DNA from: Candidatus Falkowbacteria bacterium
GTDB lineage: Bacteria > Patescibacteriota > Patescibacteriia > Patescibacteriales > UBA12465
Reading direction: 5' to 3'
Assembly: GCA_903847415.1 (NCBI GenBank)
Contig: CAINDR010000054.1
Coordinates: forward strand, 1 to 59,825
DNA: 59,825 nucleotides
In this document: positions 56,296 to 59,825 of the stretch, one piece after another
Position numbering within the stretch: the stretch's first letter is position 1
Layout: every line of letters begins with the position of its first letter
Notes under the pieces: generated by a model
Database searches by the model: none
What the model saw: only the letters and a program-made list of their open reading frames with translations
Told to the model about the DNA's origin: nothing
Translations under genes and position numbers: made by a program

Positions 56296-56407
56296 GTTAT
56301 CAGTCATAAATAAACCGAAAGGTTTTTTTCTTTGACTAGAAATTAACAAGCAAAATATTCCCGGGTAGCGCAGCGGTAGCGCAGTTGACTGTGAACTCTT
56401 TCTTGTC

Positions 56408-56418
56408 TTTGGTATAAT
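56408..56418 (+). promoter_or_regulatory. possible internal extended -10 promoter for the intron ORF
   Basis: TTTGGTATAAT, with TATAAT at 56413-56418, 8 nt before ATG 56427. No convincing -35 and no RBS. Confidence 0.3.
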
Positions 56419-56426
56419 ATTTATAT

Positions 56427-56777
56427 ATGCCAAAAGAAAAGAGAAAATACGCCGATCGTGCTGAGTATTTAAAACAAGCAGTTGTCAAAAGACGAAAGAA
56501 AATTCGACAACTAGCAATTGAATACAAAGGTGGCAAATGTTCCCTTTGTGGATATGAAAAATGTCTACGAGCCCTTGAATTCCATCACTTGGAATCTGAC
56601 GAAAAAGATTTTGGTATTTCTGCAAAAGGTTATACTAGAAGCTGGGACTCAGTAAAACAGGAGCTCGATAAGTGCATTTTAGTATGCGCAAATTGTCATC
56701 GAGAAGTACACGAAGGCACTACGCAGCTTCCTCAAGTAATTGAGGTCGAAGAACGAGGTGAATTGCTGGAAGCCTAA
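56427..56777 (+). CDS. HNH homing-endonuclease-like protein encoded inside the tRNA intron
   Basis: CSLCGY...LEFHHL...CANCHREVH, an HNH/CxxC pair. The ORF 3' end overlaps the intron P3/P4 strands. Confidence 0.85.
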   Translation: MPKEKRKYADRAEYLKQAVVKRRKKIRQLAIEYKGGKCSLCGYEKCLRALEFHHLESDEKDFGISAKGYTRSWDSVKQELDKCILVCANCHREVHEGTTQLPQVIEVEERGELLEA

Positions 56778-56986
56778 TGCATAAGCTAAGGTAATCAGCA
56801 GCCAAGCCCTGAAGGTTCAGGGAAGGTTCAGAGACTATCCCGCAAGGGAGTAGGGTTATCTGAAGATAATTCGAAGCGCCTCGCATCCGTCACGGACGGA
56901 TGATGATATAGTCCACCCCTTTAGGAAACTATTGGATAAGTGTAATCAATTGGTCGTGGGTTCGAATCCCACCCCGGGAGCATAAC

Positions 56987-57017
56987 GAAAAAGAAAGAAT
57001 TTATTCTTTCTTTTTTG
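56987..57017 (+). terminator. intrinsic terminator immediately after tRNA-Asn
   Basis: AAGAAAGAAT/ATTCTTTCTT arms followed by TTTT. Confidence 0.6.
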
Positions 57018-57059
57018 GTATGTGCCTCGAAAAGGCAGAATTCGAAGTTTATGCCCCGG

Positions 57060-57084
57060 ATGGGGTAAATCCCACCCCGGGAGC
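57060..57084 (+). pseudogene. decayed duplicate of the tRNA-Asn 3' end (T-arm 3' strand plus acceptor 3' strand)
   Basis: The 17-nt AATCCCACCCCGGGAGC at 57068-57084 is identical to 56965-56981, with a degenerate T-stem (ATGGGGTA) before it. No matching 5' half. Confidence 0.55.
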
Positions 57085-57101
57085 CAAACATAAATAGACT
57101 C

Positions 57102-57129
57102 AAAAGACTTAATTTTATTAAGTCTTTTT
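57102..57129 (+). terminator. second intrinsic terminator after the tRNA 3' fragment
   Basis: AAAAGACTTA-attttat-TAAGTCTTTT. Confidence 0.65.
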
Positions 57130-57272
57130 GCGTACACTTAGTAGTAGCTGTTATAATACAACTAAAGCATCAATGGATCTTAAATAGAATTGGGGACTTA
57201 AAACTTTAAAGGAATTAGTCTATAATATTTTTACAACTATTACTAATGCCTTTAATTAACTAATACTTTTTT

Positions 57273-57998
57273 ATGAAGAATATATTTTATTTTGGTGAAC
57301 AGAAAGATGAATTTCCAGTGAGGGTTCTAAACGAAAGAGAGTTGCGAGCTGGAGCTGGAATCCTATTTGCATTTGCCATGATAGCGCTAATGAATGTAAT
57401 TTTACTTGGTAATTTTTATGTAATTAAACTTTTTATTATCATCTTTATTCTTGACTTTATTATTCGGATTTTTATTAATCCCAAGTTTGCCCCCAGTCTT
57501 ATTGTTGGGAGAATGGCGGTATCTAAGCAAAAACCAGAATATGTTGGCGCTCCTCAAAAACGTTTTGCTTGGAGTTTAGGATTAATCTTAGCACTTTTTA
57601 TGTTTTTCGTGACTGTTTTAGGCACAGCTCCGCTCGTCCTGAGCTGTTTAGTTTGCCTCGTCTGTCTCGTTTTATTATTTTTTGAAAGCGCTTTTGGTGT
57701 TTGTGTCGGATGCAAAATCTATAATCTCTTCAACAAAGAAAAGGCCAAGCTTTGCCCTGGCGGTGTTTGTGAGATTCTTAAAAAAGAGGAGATTCAAAAA
57801 GTTAGTGTCACCCAAATCTTTATCGCTCTAATCTTTGTATCCTTCACTGCTTGGCTCACTATAACTGGCGGTTTTTTCTTAAAAAATAACAAATCAATTA
57901 ACAGCTCTGTGATGTCTGATTGTATGCTTAGTAACAGCTCTGATTCTCCTTGCCTAAGTGCACCAAGAAACTTAATAAAATCAAAATCAAACCCTTAA
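57273..57998 (+). CDS. DUF4395-like membrane protein
   Basis: RVLNERELRAGAGILFAFAM...FESAFGVCVGCKIYNLF, as I recall for DUF4395. Four TM helices. Confidence 0.65.
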   Translation: MKNIFYFGEQKDEFPVRVLNERELRAGAGILFAFAMIALMNVILLGNFYVIKLFIIIFILDFIIRIFINPKFAPSLIVGRMAVSKQKPEYVGAPQKRFAWSLGLILALFMFFVTVLGTAPLVLSCLVCLVCLVLLFFESAFGVCVGCKIYNLFNKEKAKLCPGGVCEILKKEEIQKVSVTQIFIALIFVSFTAWLTITGGFFLKNNKSINSSVMSDCMLSNSSDSPCLSAPRNLIKSKSNP

Positions 57999-58051
57999 TT
58001 TGCTTGGTTTATCTTACGTGTAGCGAAAATAAAAGACATCTGAAAAGATTT

Positions 58052-58087
58052 AATTCCTTAAGACCTAACTAGTTTTAAGGAATTTTT
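58052..58087 (+). terminator. intrinsic terminator after the DUF4395-like gene
   Basis: AATTCCTTAA ... TTAAGGAATT followed by TTT. Confidence 0.55.
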
Positions 58088-58237
58088 AATTTAAAGATTT
58101 AGTATCCAAAAAGCTAGCTAATTAACTAAAATTTAAAAATTCTAATCTCAAAATTTTATTAGTGCACATAAAGATGATATAATATTTTTAAATCTTATTT
58201 GTATTAAAAAATCTAATCACAAAATATTAATAACCTT

Positions 58238-59467
58238 ATGAAGATGAGAAATATTTACGCTGGAAGTTGGGTGCCGCGCACCGCTCTACACGTAGAAGAA
58301 TTTTACAATTTTTTGGCTTCAGGTAAAAGTCACTTAAATCTTGATGAAAAAAAACTAACTAATTTGAGAAAAAATCTAAAAGTTAGCAATTTGACCATGC
58401 TTGAAGATGGATCGGGGATATCAGCGCGACTTGGCGAGCTAGATTTCAACTATCAGGATGATGGATTAATTATTTTTAATAAGAGAGTTGAGATTTTAAA
58501 TAAAGATATTATTGATCTTGGAAATTTTTCAATAAAAAAATTATTTCCAGCTTTTTCTTATCTTTATAGCTTAGGATCACCAATGCCTAAGATTTTTACA
58601 GCCATATTTTCAGTAATGCCTTTTATTATTACTGTTGACTCGGGAAGCGATTCTGAAATTAGAAAGATTTTTTCTAATTCAAACAAAGAAATAAAAAAGG
58701 TTGTTACTGATGGCGATTCAAAATTATATTTTAGTGATGAACTTCTAGTGATAAGTTCTCCAAAAGATGACCTAGAGCTCATTAAGAGTTTAATATTTAT
58801 TGAAGATTGCCGTAGTCAGTTTAATAAAATTCTCAATCTTCATCGCTTTATTTGGGAAGAAGTCGATAAGATTAAAGAAATGAACCGTCTGCCTTATAAC
58901 AAGTTATCTACTATTAGAGACTCTCTAACCGAACTTGATAATGAAGTGGTGTTTCTATCTTCACGTTTAAATCAGACCATCCTCTTGTTGTCTGGCTTCG
59001 ATTCTGAATACAGTTCCCTGTCTTTCAAAAAATATCTCACTGGCAACATATCTTCTTTAGAAAAAACCGGCAATTATTTATCTGATTTATGGCACATGAC
59101 TGAAAGTCGAGTAAAATCTGCTCAAGATTTAATTGCATCTCTTTATCAAGAAAGCACCCAGAAACAATTAAACATCTTGCAGATCATTTTCATTATTAGT
59201 GCCATGGCTTCAATAATCGCCTTAGGCTCTATTTATGGCTTTGAGTTTAAGGCTTATGACTTGTCTGGACAGATGACCTATTATGGGAGCACCAAATCAT
59301 TTGCGCTCTTTGATTTATTGCGTTTCGGGTTATCCGCCTTGTTCTCTGGAATAGCTGTGTATTTAATCTTTTTCTTTGTCTATAATAAAGTTTCATATTC
59401 GAAGATAACAAATAATAAAAGTTTACAAAACCAAGAATTAGAAAATATCAAAAAAATGTTTCGCTAA
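58238..59467 (+). CDS. hypothetical protein with a CorA-like C-terminal TM hairpin
   Basis: Soluble N-domain of about 320 aa, then LQIIFIISAMASIIALGSIYGFEF, a loop and a second TM helix. Confidence 0.5.
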   Translation: MKMRNIYAGSWVPRTALHVEEFYNFLASGKSHLNLDEKKLTNLRKNLKVSNLTMLEDGSGISARLGELDFNYQDDGLIIFNKRVEILNKDIIDLGNFSIKKLFPAFSYLYSLGSPMPKIFTAIFSVMPFIITVDSGSDSEIRKIFSNSNKEIKKVVTDGDSKLYFSDELLVISSPKDDLELIKSLIFIEDCRSQFNKILNLHRFIWEEVDKIKEMNRLPYNKLSTIRDSLTELDNEVVFLSSRLNQTILLLSGFDSEYSSLSFKKYLTGNISSLEKTGNYLSDLWHMTESRVKSAQDLIASLYQESTQKQLNILQIIFIISAMASIIALGSIYGFEFKAYDLSGQMTYYGSTKSFALFDLLRFGLSALFSGIAVYLIFFFVYNKVSYSKITNNKSLQNQELENIKKMFR

Positions 59468-59469
59468 TC

Positions 59470-59500
59470 AAAAGGAAGTCCCTCAAGACTTCCTTTTTTT
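59470..59500 (+). terminator. intrinsic terminator after 58238..59467
   Basis: AAGGAAGTC-cctcaa-GACTTCCTT followed by T6. Confidence 0.7.
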
Positions 59501-59825
59501 ATTTCCCAAAAATCATCACCATTTCTTCCCTCGCCTTTTCCCAGTTTTGGGTTCTGAATTCTTATACAAAAAAGGAGGGGTATCGATATAAAAACGAGCA
59601 GAAATGCCCGTTTTTGTTATGTAAAATCAGTTCAAAAATAAGGCTATATTTTTACATTTTTAGCAAACACCTTAATTTTATTGGCTCAAAAAAGTTCGAA
59701 TCCTTTGAACTGTACCCCAAAAAGTGGACACGCAAGTGTCTGCTTTTTTTGTGGGCAAAATAAGATATAATAAATAACAAACTAAGATAAATAATATGAG
59801 TAACAGGAGATGGACCGATGTCCAA

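Larger units (their letters stand above)
56393..56942 (+). mobile_element. group I intron (self-splicing type) carrying an HNH endonuclease ORF
   Basis: Core elements: P AATTGCTGGAAGCC 56761-56774, Q AATCAGCAGCC 56793-56803, R GTTCAGAGACTAT 56826-56838, S ATGATATAGTCC 56903-56914. Pairings: P3 56754-60/56877-83, P6 hairpin 56807-56822, P8 hairpin 56884-56902. The 5' exon ends in U and the intron ends in G. Confidence 0.8.
56359..56980 (+). tRNA. tRNA-Asn(GUU) interrupted by a 550-nt intron in the anticodon loop
   Basis: Exon 1 (56359-56392) is TCCCGGG TA GCGC AGCGGTA GCGC A GTTGA CTGT. Exon 2 (56943-56980) is TAA TCAAT TGGTC GTGGG TTCGAAT CCCAC CCCGGGA G. Joined, they form a full cloverleaf with U1-A72 and G73, as in bacterial tRNA-Asn. 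Confidence 0.8.

Noticed and set aside
56313-56329. AACC-GAAA-GGTT hairpin plus T-run between the promoter and the tRNA (possible attenuator).
   Set aside because: The stem is only 4 bp, too weak to call a terminator by eye. It may simply be part of the pre-tRNA leader.
56384-56960. Alternative anticodon readings of the split tRNA: Thr(UGU), with the splice after CT and before TGTAA, or His(GUG), with the splice after CTGTG.
   Set aside because: The His option would end the 5' exon in G, not U. The Thr option obeys the U/G splice rule. However, U1-A72, discriminator G73 and the variable and T-arm sequence fit tRNA-Asn, whereas tRNA-Thr normally has G1-C72 and A/U73. Thr is kept as a minority possibility.
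56248-57137. Four minus-strand ORFs in the track (56248..56433, 56336..56536, 56921..57103, 56946..57137).
   Set aside because: They run antisense through the tRNA exons, the intron core and the terminator hairpins, and they have no coding-like features. They are shadow ORFs.
59688-59725. GTTCGAATCC T-loop-like string near the window end, as a possible tRNA.
   Set aside because: The flanking bases do not form a T stem, and no acceptor, D or anticodon arms can be drawn. It forms only a simple AGTTC/GAACT hairpin.
59468-59825. Terminal non-coding stretch with two hairpin-plus-T-run elements (about 59600-59625 and 59727-59751) and a possible ORF start at 59797.
   Set aside because: Too little sequence remains to support a gene or sRNA call, and the ATG at 59797 runs off the window after 9 codons.
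1-59825. A search for CRISPR arrays, rRNA genes, transposases, reverse transcriptase/DGR components and toxin-antitoxin pairs.
   Set aside because: No regularly spaced short repeats, rRNA-like conserved blocks, DDE/RT motifs or small adjacent gene pairs of that type were seen.

Overview
This is a densely coded, low-GC bacterial chromosomal segment (roughly one third GC from hand counts of several 60-nt lines). It uses the standard genetic code; TAA, TAG and TGA all terminate good ORFs. The gene content looks like a Patescibacteria/CPR-type genome, but that placement is an inference. Supporting content includes a DUF4012 protein, a wHTH regulator, compact UvrA/UvrB/UvrC, a VirD4/TraD-like ATPase, a lone FtsQ-like gene, many secreted or membrane hypotheticals, and rplJ-rplL without rpoB. 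Housekeeping genes recognised from protein motifs are dnaX, serS, alr, ftsQ-like, xerC/D-like, gltX, rplJ, rplL, uvrA, uvrB and uvrC. There is also a cell-envelope polysaccharide neighbourhood: two GT4 glycosyltransferases, a Wzz-like protein, an O-antigen-ligase-like protein, DUF4012 and a TagA/WecG-type transferase. Transporters include two MFS, a P-type ATPase, an Nramp-like protein, a CorA-like protein and an ABC-F ATPase. The strongest non-routine signal is at 56359-56980. A tRNA-Asn(GUU) gene is split in its anticodon loop by a 550-nt group I intron with recognisable P/Q/R/S core elements. The intron carries an HNH homing-endonuclease ORF, and a decayed duplicate of the tRNA 3' end lies about 100 bp downstream. 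Other items worth a second look:
- A tightly packed cyt-b5/MFS/uvrB/HExxH-protein/CYTH/uvrA operon whose NER proteins have lost interaction or insertion domains.
- A TagA/WecG-Nudix fusion.
- A CorA homolog whose GMN signature reads AMR.
- A three-gene block (PKD-repeat lipoprotein, beta-rich signal-peptide protein, disordered anchor protein) with Bacteroidota-like signal peptides, inserted in the polysaccharide cluster.
- A tandem pair of paralogous 2-TM proteins.
- A tandem-duplicated domain gene with an in-frame TAA.
- An A9 tract that frameshifts an MFS start.
No rRNA, CRISPR array, transposase or prophage genes were seen. All calls come from reading the sequence and the ORF track by eye. 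No database search or structure calculation was run.
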